A stretch of DNA of 32,000 bases from Vibrio vulnificus CMCP6 (GTDB taxonomy: Bacteria > Pseudomonadota > Gammaproteobacteria > Enterobacterales > Vibrionaceae): the NCBI RefSeq assembly GCF_000039765.1, contig NC_004459.3:2421127-2453126 (forward strand), written 5' to 3'. The notes under the pieces are model-generated. The model was given only the letters and a program-made list of their open reading frames with translations, made no database searches and had not been told where the DNA came from. A program made the position numbers and the translations under genes. Shown here one piece after another: positions 10,971-19,456 of this stretch; the stretch's first letter is position 1, and the number at the start of each line of letters is the position of its first letter.

Positions 10971-11678
10971 TTACAACAAAATCTTAGAGCTCAGCTTGTA
11001 GCGATTACCCGGATGATACAGCAGTGCGGTGCTGACGAGTTTGTCTTCACTCCAAGTACGACGGTTGAGCAGCAGACAAGGTTCATTGACTTTCATGTTG
11101 AGCTCTTGGCGAATACGGGTATCGGGCATGATGGCTTCAACCGTATGTTCCATCGCACTCAAAGGGCAGTTCTCAGAAAGATACTGATTGGGGGTCATTT
11201 GGGTGAAATCTTGTTGCAAATAGCGGGGTGCATAGAGGCTGTTAACCCAGCGCAACTCGAGCTGGATAGGCTCCTTATCCTCGTAGTGAATAATTTCACT
11301 GTAGAACACTTTGGTTCCTAGCATTACACCGAGTTTGGTTGCAATCGTATCATCCGCTTTGAGGACCAACTGTTGAATGACTTTGCTGTGATGCGTCTTG
11401 CCACGATTGACCACTTCTTCGGCAATGTTACGGACATCGAGCAGTGGAGATTCTGCCTTTTCTGGTTTATCACAGACAAACGTGCCTAAACGTGGTCGCC
11501 TTTGCAATTTCCCCTCATTGACCAAATCGCGAATGGCTTTATTGACGGTCATGCGGCTGACGCCAAATTGCTCGGTCAGCTCTAGCTCAGTTGCGATCTT
11601 AAAGCCGATGTGCCACTCGCCACTGTCGATTTTTGTTTCAATGAACTGTTTGATCTGAATATACAGCGGTGATGGCAT
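10971..11678 (-). CDS. hutC: Histidine utilisation repressor, GntR family (HutC subfamily)
   Basis: N-terminal winged-helix GntR signature (ELELTEQFGVSRMTVNKAIRDLVNEG) plus a UTRA-type C-terminal region. Adjacent to the hut genes. Confidence 0.85.
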   Translation of the reverse strand: MPSPLYIQIKQFIETKIDSGEWHIGFKIATELELTEQFGVSRMTVNKAIRDLVNEGKLQRRPRLGTFVCDKPEKAESPLLDVRNIAEEVVNRGKTHHSKVIQQLVLKADDTIATKLGVMLGTKVFYSEIIHYEDKEPIQLELRWVNSLYAPRYLQQDFTQMTPNQYLSENCPLSAMEHTVEAIMPDTRIRQELNMKVNEPCLLLNRRTWSEDKLVSTALLYHPGNRYKLSSKILL

Positions 11679-11692
11679 AATCTTTCCTCTAA

Positions 11693-11704
11693 TTGACTAT
11701 ACAA
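11693..11704. promoter_or_regulatory. Weaker HutC-box-like site just upstream of the hutC ribosome-binding site
   Basis: The minus strand reads TTGTATAGTCAA, with outer TTG...CAA symmetry and sequence related to the 10868-10891 region. It lies 15 nt upstream of the hutC ATG. Confidence 0.3.
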
Positions 11705-11871
11705 ATAGTGCGTAATTAACGTTGAAAAAGCAACTTCATCGCCGCATTTTGTGGTGAAACACATTGTTACGAGCGAGGTGAGCTAATTTGCTTGCAGGTT
11801 TGAGTGGGGTTGTGTAAACAGAATCAGATAACAAAAACGACTGAAATAATACAGAGATAGAAAGGAAAGGT

Positions 11872-12615
11872 ATGTTTAAGAAGTTAAAAGCGTCTTTGGG
11901 TATAGGGGCGGCGAAGGTCGATACAATTCTTGATGAAATGAGTGTGCAGCAAGGGCAAACTCTAAAAGGTCAGGTGCATATTCAAGGCGGTGATGTTGAG
12001 CAGAAAATCGACGCGATTACGGTCAAGCTCAACACGGAGGTCAAAGTTGAATCGGATAGCGGTGTGAGCTACCAAACCTTCACCATCGATAAAATTCAAG
12101 CCGTAGAGCCGTTTGTCATTCAAGCGGGCGAGCAAAAAAGCGTGGCGTTTGAATTAAAACTTCACGATGAAACGCCAGTCACTGCGGTGAACGCATTGAA
12201 AAACCAATGTCATGTTTGGCTGGAAACTTCATTAGACATTGAGTTTGCAATAGACCCGAGAGACCGAGACTTTATTGATGTTAAACCTTTGCCAGTGATA
12301 CAAAAAGTGATTGCCGCAATCACTAGCGCCGGTTTTAACATGGTGAAAGCGGATGTAGAGAAAGGTTTTCTTCGAGGGCAAAATTTTGCGTCGCGCTCTG
12401 GTTGTTATCAAGAGCTCGAGTTTCGTAGCAATGGCTTCCTAGGCAGCAAAGAGATTGAGTTATCTTTTATTCTGGAGGGTGGTGTGGTGCATTGCTTAGC
12501 GGAAATTGATCGTTCGCTCAGTTTAGCTGGGGATCAGTACCGCTCATTCACTCTGCCATTAAATGCAACGGACTCGCAAATCGCGCAAGCCATCGCGCCA
12601 GTATTAAGTGCCTAA
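11872..12615 (+). CDS. Spo0M-like (sporulation-control family) protein
   Basis: 247 aa. The N-terminus MFKKLKASLGIGAAKVDT and the beta-rich body resemble the SpoOM family as I remember it. GGAAAGG lies 2 nt upstream of the ATG, tight spacing for an SD. Confidence 0.5.
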   Translation: MFKKLKASLGIGAAKVDTILDEMSVQQGQTLKGQVHIQGGDVEQKIDAITVKLNTEVKVESDSGVSYQTFTIDKIQAVEPFVIQAGEQKSVAFELKLHDETPVTAVNALKNQCHVWLETSLDIEFAIDPRDRDFIDVKPLPVIQKVIAAITSAGFNMVKADVEKGFLRGQNFASRSGCYQELEFRSNGFLGSKEIELSFILEGGVVHCLAEIDRSLSLAGDQYRSFTLPLNATDSQIAQAIAPVLSA

Positions 12616-12632
12616 CCGTTCGTGATATGTAC

Positions 12633-13616
12633 TTAATCAGCGCGCGATTTGAAGAGATAGCGATATCCAAATGTAAACGCGATATCGGTACTGTTGTCCA
12701 TATTTCTGGCGTTTTCTATCATCAAAACTTCGAGCGCTGAACTGTCCATCACATAACGATAGCCCAACACAAACTCATTTGATGGGTCTGAAAAATCATC
12801 AGGCCCTTCAGTCGCCCCCTGATAGATATGGTATTCCGCGAGAATGTGATGCTGGCGAGTAAAGGCATAACGGTATCCGGTCGCAAAAGCGAGTGTGTCT
12901 TTACGGTAGGGGATGTCTGCAATTGAGACTTCTTTGTTGCGATGGGTCATACCAAACATTGCGTAAATTGCGTGTTGCTCCTTTTGGTAACCGTAATTGA
13001 GTTGTAAACCTTGTTCAAAACTACTGCCTTCGAAAGGCCCACTGTTTACATCGTTGTAATAGAGGCTCCCTCCCACAGATAAGGCGTGGTGTTGATCTTG
13101 ATAGAGTTGATATTGCACATAAGTGGATATGGCGCTGCTGAGCGTTTCCCCTTCAAATCCCTCTTCATGAACACCGTATTCCGGCATGGAGATATAAAAG
13201 CGGTGTTTATCGACGGTGTCTCTGCCATTTTGCCCGATACCAAAAAAATCATGGAACGCAATCGTAAGGTTATCTAAATGGTTGTCCGCAGCAAACGTCC
13301 AGCGATAGTTCAGCTCCCATTGCCACTGTTCGTTAACTTGCCATCTCGTGCCGATTTCCAATTGATTGTGATAGTAATCCAGCATGTAATCATTGGTTTC
13401 CGCCCAAACGCTTGCTGCAGTGAGAGAGGTGTAAGCTTCTATCGAGTCATCAGGCAATGAACGTGCATTTCTCAAAACATTGCTTAACGCGTTTGACTGC
13501 ATCGGTGATTGCGCGTAACTCCGCGTTGGTCCATATAAGTCATCGGCGTAGATATCACCGCTAATGGTAAGTAATATAGCTCCGCTCAATGATAAAGAAA
13601 GAATAGTCTTATTCAT
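12633..13616 (-). CDS. Putative outer-membrane beta-barrel protein
   Basis: Signal peptide (MNKTILSLSLSGAILLTISGDIYA) followed by alternating aromatic/hydrophilic beta-strand patterns (YRY, GYRY repeated). No enzymatic motif. Confidence 0.45.
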   Translation of the reverse strand: MNKTILSLSLSGAILLTISGDIYADDLYGPTRSYAQSPMQSNALSNVLRNARSLPDDSIEAYTSLTAASVWAETNDYMLDYYHNQLEIGTRWQVNEQWQWELNYRWTFAADNHLDNLTIAFHDFFGIGQNGRDTVDKHRFYISMPEYGVHEEGFEGETLSSAISTYVQYQLYQDQHHALSVGGSLYYNDVNSGPFEGSSFEQGLQLNYGYQKEQHAIYAMFGMTHRNKEVSIADIPYRKDTLAFATGYRYAFTRQHHILAEYHIYQGATEGPDDFSDPSNEFVLGYRYVMDSSALEVLMIENARNMDNSTDIAFTFGYRYLFKSRAD

Positions 13617-13914
13617 ATCTATATGATCTTACTGAAATAATCTCATTGTTTTTTATTAGATTACTGCGCGAATTGAGTTGTGCAAGAGGCAAGGGGGCTT
13701 CCTCCTTGGGAGGAAAAAACAATTCTGCTTACAAATCGTGTAGTTGCTGACAAGAAAAATTTTTTAATCATTGTGATTTAGGTCTAATCGTTTACAATGT
13801 GTCGCTTCAGAGGCTGGTACATCCGTATTTGTACCAAAATCTGTACCAAATTATCCAAATTCACTTATGTTTGATTATTAATACATTGATTTTCAAAGCA
13901 TAATTACTGAACAC

Positions 13915-13935
13915 GTGTTGCTTGGTGTGCAACAC
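13915..13935 (+). promoter_or_regulatory. thrS leader stem-loop resembling a tRNA-Thr anticodon arm (candidate translational operator)
   Basis: 7-bp stem GTGTTGC/GCAACAC with a 7-nt loop TTGGTGT. The loop carries GGT (Thr anticodon GGU) at the positions corresponding to 34-36. It ends 7 nt before the SD AAGGAA and 18 nt before the ATG. Confidence 0.5.
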
Positions 13936-13953
13936 CACTGTAAAGGAATCAAA

Positions 13954-15882
13954 ATGCCTATTATTACTCTTCCTGACGGCAGTCAACGTCAATTTGATAA
14001 CCCTGTATCAACGATGGATGTTGCGCTATCTATCGGCCCTGGTCTTGCGAAAGCAACCATTGCTGGTCGTGTGAATGGCCAACGTGTTGATGCATGCGAT
14101 TTAATCGAAGAAGATGCAAGTTTAGAGATCATCACTACGAAAGATGAAGTTGATGGTCTAGAAATTGTTCGCCACTCTTGTGCTCACCTACTTGGTCACG
14201 CACTGAAGCAACTTTATCCAAATGCCAAAATGGCTATCGGCCCAACCATTGATAATGGTTTTTACTACGATATCGATTTGGAAGAGTCATTGACGCAAGA
14301 AGATCTGGAAAAGATTGAAGCGCGCATGAAAGCTCTAGCGAAAACCAAATATCAGGTTATCAAGAAAAAAGTAAGCTGGCAGGAAGCGCGTGACGCATTT
14401 GAAGCTCGTGGTGAAACATACAAGATGGAAATCTTGGATGAAAACGTATCACGTGACGATCGCCCAGGTCTTTACCATCACGAAGAATACATCGACATGT
14501 GTCGTGGCCCACACGTGCCTAACATGAGCTTCTGTCAGCACTTTACTTTGTTGAACGTGGCTGGCGCGTACTGGCGTGGTAATAGTGACAACAAGATGCT
14601 TCAACGTATCTATGGTACCGCTTTCCACGATAAGAAAGCGCTGAAAGATCATCTGACTCGTCTAGAAGAAGCAGCAAAACGTGACCATCGTAAAATCGGT
14701 AAACAGCTCGATTTGTTCCATATGCAGCAAGAAGCACCTGGTATGGTGTTCTGGCATCACAATGGTTGGTCTGTATTCCGCGATCTTGAAGTCTTTATTC
14801 GTGAGAAGCTCACGGAATATGGCTATCAAGAAGTAAAAGGCCCATTAATGATGGACCGTGTACTTTGGGAACGCTCTGGCCACTGGGATAAATACGCAGA
14901 TGCGATGTTCACCACTTCTTCAGAGAACCGTGAATACGCTATCAAGCCAATGAACTGTCCTGGTCACGTGCAGATCTTTAACCAAGGTCTAAAATCGTAC
15001 CGCGATCTACCGCTACGTATGGCTGAGTTTGGCTCTTGTCACCGTAACGAGCCATCTGGTGCGCTACACGGTATCATGCGTGTTCGCGGCTTTACTCAGG
15101 ATGATGCACACATCTTCTGTACAGAAAGCCAAATCCAAGATGAAGTGACCAACTGTATCAAGATGGTTTACGACACGTACCAAACATTTGGTTTTGATAA
15201 CATCGCGGTGAAACTGTCTACACGTCCTGAACAGCGTGTAGGTAGCGATGAAATTTGGGATCAATCTGAGGAAGCGCTAAAGCAGGCCCTAGAATCTATG
15301 GATATCGCATACGAGATCCAAGAAGGCGAGGGCGCATTCTACGGTCCTAAGATTGAATTTACACTATTCGACTGCCTAGGTCGTGCGTGGCAGTGTGGTA
15401 CCGTTCAGCTCGACTTCAACCTACCAAATCGCTTAGGTGCGACTTATGTTGGTGAAAACAATGAGCGTTTAGTGCCAGTGATGATTCACCGTGCCATTTT
15501 GGGTTCTCTTGAGCGTTTCATCGGTATTCTAATTGAAGAATATGCTGGTTTCTTCCCAACTTGGTTGGCACCAGAGCAGGCTGTTATCATGAACATCACT
15601 GACAAACAGGCTGATTATGTTCAGGAAATCGCCCAGAAACTACAAAAATGTGGAATTAGAGCGAAAGCGGACTTGAGAAATGAGAAGATTGGCTTTAAAA
15701 TCCGCGAACACACTTTGAAGCGTGTGCCGTTTATGTTGGTTTGTGGCGACCAAGAGATGGAAGCCGGAGAAATCGCAGTACGTACACGTAAAGGTAACGA
15801 TTTGGGTAAATTTAAAGTGGATGACTTTGTTTCTTACATCCAAGATCAAATCGCTAGCCGTAAGCTCAATCTGGAGGAATAA
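13954..15882 (+). CDS. thrS: Threonine--tRNA ligase
   Basis: 642 aa starting [14 protein letters not shown] (TGS domain). Class II motifs are present and thrS-infC-rpmI-rplT synteny holds. ATG 13954 is preferred over the track start 13915 because of the SD AAGGAA at 13943-13948. Confidence 0.95.
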   Translation: MPIITLPDGSQRQFDNPVSTMDVALSIGPGLAKATIAGRVNGQRVDACDLIEEDASLEIITTKDEVDGLEIVRHSCAHLLGHALKQLYPNAKMAIGPTIDNGFYYDIDLEESLTQEDLEKIEARMKALAKTKYQVIKKKVSWQEARDAFEARGETYKMEILDENVSRDDRPGLYHHEEYIDMCRGPHVPNMSFCQHFTLLNVAGAYWRGNSDNKMLQRIYGTAFHDKKALKDHLTRLEEAAKRDHRKIGKQLDLFHMQQEAPGMVFWHHNGWSVFRDLEVFIREKLTEYGYQEVKGPLMMDRVLWERSGHWDKYADAMFTTSSENREYAIKPMNCPGHVQIFNQGLKSYRDLPLRMAEFGSCHRNEPSGALHGIMRVRGFTQDDAHIFCTESQIQDEVTNCIKMVYDTYQTFGFDNIAVKLSTRPEQRVGSDEIWDQSEEALKQALESMDIAYEIQEGEGAFYGPKIEFTLFDCLGRAWQCGTVQLDFNLPNRLGATYVGENNERLVPVMIHRAILGSLERFIGILIEEYAGFFPTWLAPEQAVIMNITDKQADYVQEIAQKLQKCGIRAKADLRNEKIGFKIREHTLKRVPFMLVCGDQEMEAGEIAVRTRKGNDLGKFKVDDFVSYIQDQIASRKLNLEE

Positions 15883-15885
15883 ACT

Positions 15886-16437
15886 ATTAAAGGCGGAAGA
15901 CGTGGCCAAGTTCCGGTCAAACAAAACCAGCACCGTTTAAACGGTGAAATTCGTGGCGTTCGTGAAGTTCGTTTAACAGGCGCTGACGGTGAATCTGTAG
16001 GTATCGTTTCGATCCAAGAAGCACTTGCTGCAGCAGAAGAAGCTGGTATGGATCTCGTAGAGATCAGCCCTAACGCCGAGCCACCAGTTTGTCGTGTGAT
16101 GGACTATGGCAAGTTCCTCTTCGAGAAGAGCAAAGCTACGAAAGAGCAGAAGAAAAAGCAAAAACAGATTCAGATCAAGGAACTAAAATTCCGACCTGGA
16201 ACTGATATCGGAGACTATCAGGTAAAACTACGCAACCTGATCCGTTTCCTTGAAGAAGGCAACAAAGTGAAGGTAACAATTCGCTTCCGTGGCCGTGAGA
16301 TGGCTCACCAAGAGATCGGTGTCGACGTTCTTGAACGTTTGAAAGTGGATACAGTGGAACATGCCGTTGTTGAATCTTTCCCAACGAAGATTGAAGGTCG
16401 TCAGATGATCATGGTGTTGGCCCCTAAAAAGAAGTAA
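15886..16437 (+). CDS. infC: Translation initiation factor IF-3, with a non-canonical ATT start
   Basis: The frame from ATT at 15886 reads [32 protein letters not shown]..., co-linear with IF-3 N-termini. It is in frame with the track ORF (16048..16437). There is no in-frame ATG/GTG upstream, and the start lies 3 nt after the thrS stop. Confidence 0.9.
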   Translation: MKGGRRGQVPVKQNQHRLNGEIRGVREVRLTGADGESVGIVSIQEALAAAEEAGMDLVEISPNAEPPVCRVMDYGKFLFEKSKATKEQKKKQKQIQIKELKFRPGTDIGDYQVKLRNLIRFLEEGNKVKVTIRFRGREMAHQEIGVDVLERLKVDTVEHAVVESFPTKIEGRQMIMVLAPKKK

Positions 16438-16457
16438 TTAACGGCTTACAAGTAATT

Positions 16458-16487
16458 AAACCCAGCCGTTGAAAGGCGGCTGGGTTT
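16458..16487 (+). terminator. Stem-loop (partial terminator/attenuator) between infC and rpmI
   Basis: AAACCCAGCCG-ttgaaagg-CGGCTGGGTTT followed by AATT. Located 21 nt after the infC stop. Confidence 0.55.
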
Positions 16488-16540
16488 AATTCGCCCTAAT
16501 TACGTTGTTATTAAACTACTACAATGCGGAGTTATTCATC

Positions 16541-16735
16541 ATGCCTAAGATGAAAAACAACAAAGGTGCTGCTAAGCGTTTCAAGAAAACTGCTGGTGGT
16601 ATTAAGTACAAGCACGCTACTAAACGTCACATTCTGACTAAGCGTACTACTAAGAACAAGCGTCAGCTACGTCCAAACTCTCTACTTCCAAGATGTGAAG
16701 TAGCAGCAGTTGCTCGTATGCTTCCATACGCTTAA
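16541..16735 (+). CDS. rpmI: 50S ribosomal protein L35
   Basis: 64 aa, [20 protein letters not shown]...LPYA. The start is set at the conserved MPK rather than the upstream track start. Confidence 0.95.
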   Translation: MPKMKNNKGAAKRFKKTAGGIKYKHATKRHILTKRTTKNKRQLRPNSLLPRCEVAAVARMLPYA

Positions 16736-16776
16736 TTCTTTTTAGTTTCATAATCGTTTAGTTTAGGAGAGACATA

Positions 16777-17130
16777 ATGCCTCGCGTAAAACGTGGTGTA
16801 CAAGCTCGTGCACGTCATAAGAAAGTTTTAAAACAAGCTAAAGGTTACTACGGTGCACGTTCACGTGTTTACCGCGTAGCTTTCCAAGCAGTTACTAAAG
16901 CTGGTCAATACGCTTACCGTGACCGTCGCGCTAAGAAACGTCAATTCCGTCAACTGTGGATTGCACGTATCAACGCGGCATCTCGTCAAAATGGTCTATC
17001 TTACAGCCGTTTCATCAACGGTCTTAAGAAAGCATCTATCGAGATCGATCGTAAGATCCTTGCGGATATCGCTGTATTCGACAAAGCTGCATTTGCAGTT
17101 CTAGTTGAAAAAGCGAAAGCAGCTCTTTAA
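16777..17130 (+). CDS. rplT: 50S ribosomal protein L20
   Basis: 117 aa, [30 protein letters not shown]... GGAGAG SD upstream. Confidence 0.97.
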
Positions 17131-17150
17131 TTAGAGTTTAGGTTAAGAGA

Positions 17151-17176
17151 AAGGAGAGCTTAGGCTCTCCTTTTTT
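17151..17176. terminator. Terminator shared by convergent rplT and intI
   Basis: AAGGAGAGC-ttag-GCTCTCCTT stem followed by TTTTTT on the + strand. On the minus strand the same stem is followed by TCTCTT. Confidence 0.8.
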
Positions 17177-17187
17177 GTATTCTGAAA

Positions 17188-18150
17188 CTAAAGCTTAGAT
17201 AGAGGGCTTAGGACTCCGCCCGCACCTCTTTCTAATACATGAGTGTATATCTGGGTGGTTTTAACGTCAGAATGGCCTAGCTGTTCTTGTACGGTTCTAA
17301 TATCGGCGCCGGACTCAAGTAAGTGTGTTGCAAAGCTATGTCTCAGCGTGTGGCAACTTATGGACTTGGTAATTCCAGCATCTTTTGCCGCTCTCTTTAC
17401 GGCCCTTTGAAGAGCTTGCTCGTTGATGTGATGTCTTCTGAGTAAATCGGACTCTGGATCTCTTGATAACCTATCGGATGGGAATAAATAGTGCCAGTTG
17501 AAATCCATTTCGGCTCCTTGGTATTTTCTTTGCAGAGAAGACGATAACCAAACGCCGGCGTAACCCGCAGTAATTCTGTCTTTTTGATAATAACGTAGTG
17601 CTAATGCCTCTTGCTCTTTCAAGAGGGGATATAACTCCTTAGCGAGTGTAACAGTGCGGTTTTTCCCTCCCTTGCCTTGCCAAACTCTTAGTGCTCCATA
17701 ATGGTAATCAACATCCTGGATTCTAAGACGAACGCACTCCATAACTCTTAATCCAGAGCCATATAACAGCATAATATGAAGTTTATATCTTGGATCTATA
17801 TGTTGAATAAATGCACGAAGCTCTGGCTTGGTCAACACAACTGGCAATTTTCTATCGAGTAGAGACTTCTGAAACTTAATTTCATTATTAAGCGGTGTTC
17901 TGAAATATTCCCGATAGAGAAATAGAACGGAGTTTAATGCAAGTGCTTGTGTCTTTGCGGCAACTTTTTGTTCAACAGCGAGGTGGGTTAAAAATTCTTC
18001 AACATGTTTCTCATTCAATGTAGACGGATGTGCCATCCTATGGAAATAGATGTACTGTTTAATCCAACTGATGTAAGCCTGAATCGTTTTTGTGGCATAG
18101 TGTCGAGTTCGCATATGATCTTGAACACTTAAAATAAACTGATTTTTCAT
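17188..18150 (-). CDS. intIA: Integron integrase (IntIA/IntI4-like tyrosine recombinase)
   Basis: 320 aa with catalytic contexts LLYGSGLRVMECVRLR, HTLRHSFATHLL and TQIYTHV. It carries the integron-specific insertion (WLSSSLQRKYQGAEMDFNWHYLFPS). It is divergent from an attC-bounded cassette array and sits next to rplT, as in Vibrio superintegrons. Confidence 0.95.
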   Translation of the reverse strand: MKNQFILSVQDHMRTRHYATKTIQAYISWIKQYIYFHRMAHPSTLNEKHVEEFLTHLAVEQKVAAKTQALALNSVLFLYREYFRTPLNNEIKFQKSLLDRKLPVVLTKPELRAFIQHIDPRYKLHIMLLYGSGLRVMECVRLRIQDVDYHYGALRVWQGKGGKNRTVTLAKELYPLLKEQEALALRYYQKDRITAGYAGVWLSSSLQRKYQGAEMDFNWHYLFPSDRLSRDPESDLLRRHHINEQALQRAVKRAAKDAGITKSISCHTLRHSFATHLLESGADIRTVQEQLGHSDVKTTQIYTHVLERGAGGVLSPLSKL

Positions 18151-18171
18151 TCCTAACCTTTGTGTTTTTAT

Positions 18172-18187
18172 ATGTGTATATATACAG
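18172..18187 (-). promoter_or_regulatory. LexA-box-like palindrome upstream of intIA
   Basis: The minus strand reads CTGTATATATACACAT (CTGT-N8-ACAT), against the SOS-box consensus CTGT-N8-ACAG. It lies 22-37 nt upstream of the intIA ATG. Confidence 0.55.
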
Positions 18188-18374
18188 CCTTTTAAAGTTA
18201 GGCTAGTTGTAAAATTAAGCTACATCTAAATGCCTAATTGAGACTATTAGCACGCACTTTCATTCAAAATTGATATTTGTTTCATATGGTTGTGTGATAG
18301 CATTCTTGAAGTCTTTGACATAAAGATTGGCGGTAGCGTGCACGATTAGTACAACATGTTGGTGTATAGAGAGC

Positions 18375-18381
18375 GTTATGT
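18375..18381 (+). other. attI core site (GTTATGT), junction with cassette 1
   Basis: GTTATGTGA at 18375-18383 is the reverse complement of TCACATAAC, which ends the body of cassette 1 at its attC (18705-18713). All 19 other cassettes obey the same rule. The alternative GTTAGCG at 18460 matches only 4 nt. Confidence 0.6.
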
Positions 18382-18467
18382 GACTTCCCAATAGTGACAC
18401 AACTCAGAATACAATAATTAAAATAAGTATATGCTTATATTTTGCAACAAAGACAGGTGGTTAGCGT

Positions 18468-18692
18468 ATGGGAAATGTTATTTCAACACTTTTTAGTTGG
18501 GTCATTATGAGTATGTGGCTTCTATTGCCACTAGGTTGGGTCTATTGGCTTTGGGTTGCAGTAAAAATTGGCGGTTTTGCAATGTTTGCATTGGCGTTGT
18601 TCCCGATTACTTCACCAATAGCAGCTATTTTGGGCGGTTGGTCATTTTTATTCGGACTGCCTGATTGGGTGGTTAGTGTCTTCATATCATAG
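18468..18692 (+). CDS. Small hydrophobic membrane protein (cassette 1)
   Basis: 74 aa, almost entirely TM-like segments rich in W/L/F/G. AGGTGG SD-like sequence 7 nt upstream. Confidence 0.5.
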   Translation: MGNVISTLFSWVIMSMWLLLPLGWVYWLWVAVKIGGFAMFALALFPITSPIAAILGGWSFLFGLPDWVVSVFIS

Positions 18693-18709
18693 TCTCGAAC
18701 AGCATCACA

Positions 18710-18830
18710 TAACAAACGCTTCAAGAGGGACAGCCAACGCGTGGCATTTTTACTATGCGTTGGTTTTTGTGGTTACGGTGTTATGCAGAAAGTTGGTAGT
18801 AGCGTTGGCTGCCCCTTAAGCGGGCGTTAG
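18710..18830 (+). repeat. attC 1 (121 bp)
   Basis: TAACAAACGCTTCAAGAGGG ... GCCCCTTAAGCGGGCGTTAG, giving imperfect R''-L''/L'-R' inverted ends. Confidence 0.9.
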
Positions 18831-19319
18831 TTTGCAAGAGGAAAAACGCAACCATATCGCAAGATCTAGTGTAAAGGCTCAAAGTTGAAATTGTCGTATT
18901 GGCGTTCAATTTCAGTGTTAATTAGCGTGGTAAAAATCCAAAATTGGCATCGTTTCAAGAGTAAATTTGTTCTTTGGTGTTGTGAGTTTTGGGGCCATTG
19001 AGTCGAACTTTTTTGCTTGAAACTCTGCTCTGTGAGTTTGTTGGTGCAAAAGCAGATTTACTCGCTGAAATGACGTTTTCTCTGGTGTGGCAAGTTCACG
19101 TGGTTTCAGTGGCTTTGTTGAAAGTCCGCATTGTGAGATTGGTTTTCCAAAAGCGCTTTTTGGTGTTGTGAGTTCGTTTTCTGCGGCGTTGTTTGTTCCA
19201 CGTGGTTTCATTGAGTAGCCGCTTTGAGACTACGCCTGACTTGAGTGCGTCAAGGTGCGTATGGTTTGTTGTTTGCAAAGTTTAAAATAACGTAAAATCA
19301 ACACTTTGGGTTTGCAAAC
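18831..19319 (+). other. ORF-less cassette, family A copy 1
   Basis: About 490 bp, repeated at 20717-21203 and 28331-28817 with substitutions and 1-nt indels that break every reading frame. Confidence 0.8.
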
Positions 19320-19440
19320 TAACAAACTGTTCAAGAGGGATTCGCAACGCGTGGCATTTTCACTATGCGTTGGTTTTAGTGGTTAAGGTAGCATGCAGCG
19401 GCTTTTGTATTGCGTTGCTCACCCCTTAACAGGGCGTTAG
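19320..19440 (+). repeat. attC 2 (121 bp)
   Basis: TAACAAACTGTTCAAGAGGGATTCGCAACGCGTGGC ... CACCCCTTAACAGGGCGTTAG. Confidence 0.9.
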
Positions 19441-19456
19441 GTTAATCAATGAGGAT

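Noticed and set aside
13699-13715. Hairpin TTCCTCC-ttg-GGAGGAA in the region upstream of thrS, considered as a terminator
   Set aside because: It has a 3-nt loop. The adjacent A-run follows it on the + strand and the T-run precedes it on the - strand, so it fits an intrinsic terminator in neither orientation.
13815-13850. GGTACA...TGTACC inverted repeat plus TGTACCAAA direct repeat upstream of thrS
   Set aside because: The repeats are real but short and sit in an AT-rich intergenic region. I could not link them to a promoter or a known binding motif.
13915-13953. Upstream start for thrS ([13 protein letters not shown]-)
   Set aside because: That start is a GTG, is not preceded by an SD, and lies inside the leader stem-loop. 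ATG 13954 has AAGGAA upstream and gives the conserved [11 protein letters not shown]-terminus.
16505-16540. Upstream TTG start for rpmI
   Set aside because: L35 proteins begin MPK. The 12-codon extension has no SD support.
30-17130. Many 60-117-aa track ORFs antisense to or out of frame within the core genes (e.g. 30..290 -, 40..390 +, 4765..5112 +, 5666..6016 +, 7286..7639 +, 11013..11321 +, 15640..15933 -)
   Set aside because: All are fully embedded in longer ORFs with strong motif-based identities. They lack SDs and have no recognisable features.
18460-18466. GTTAGCG as the attI crossover, which would place the cassette 1 ATG 7 nt inside the cassette
   Set aside because: It shows only 4 nt of complementarity to the cassette 1 attC R'' flank, versus 9 nt for GTTATGTGA at 18375.
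18989-19171. Plus-strand ORFs inside family A (18989..19171; 28385..28648)
   Set aside because: They are not conserved in frame or extent between the three copies and have no SD.
18918-19211. 97-aa minus-strand ORF (MKPRGTNNAAENELTTPK...) inside family A copy 1, with partial counterparts at 28494..28709 and 20702..20935
   Set aside because: Copy 2 has a stop after 26 codons, and the C-terminal parts of copies 1 and 3 are in different frames. Almost every nucleotide difference between copies 1 and 3 in the shared part changes the amino acid. The product would be low-complexity, and no SD precedes the ATG.
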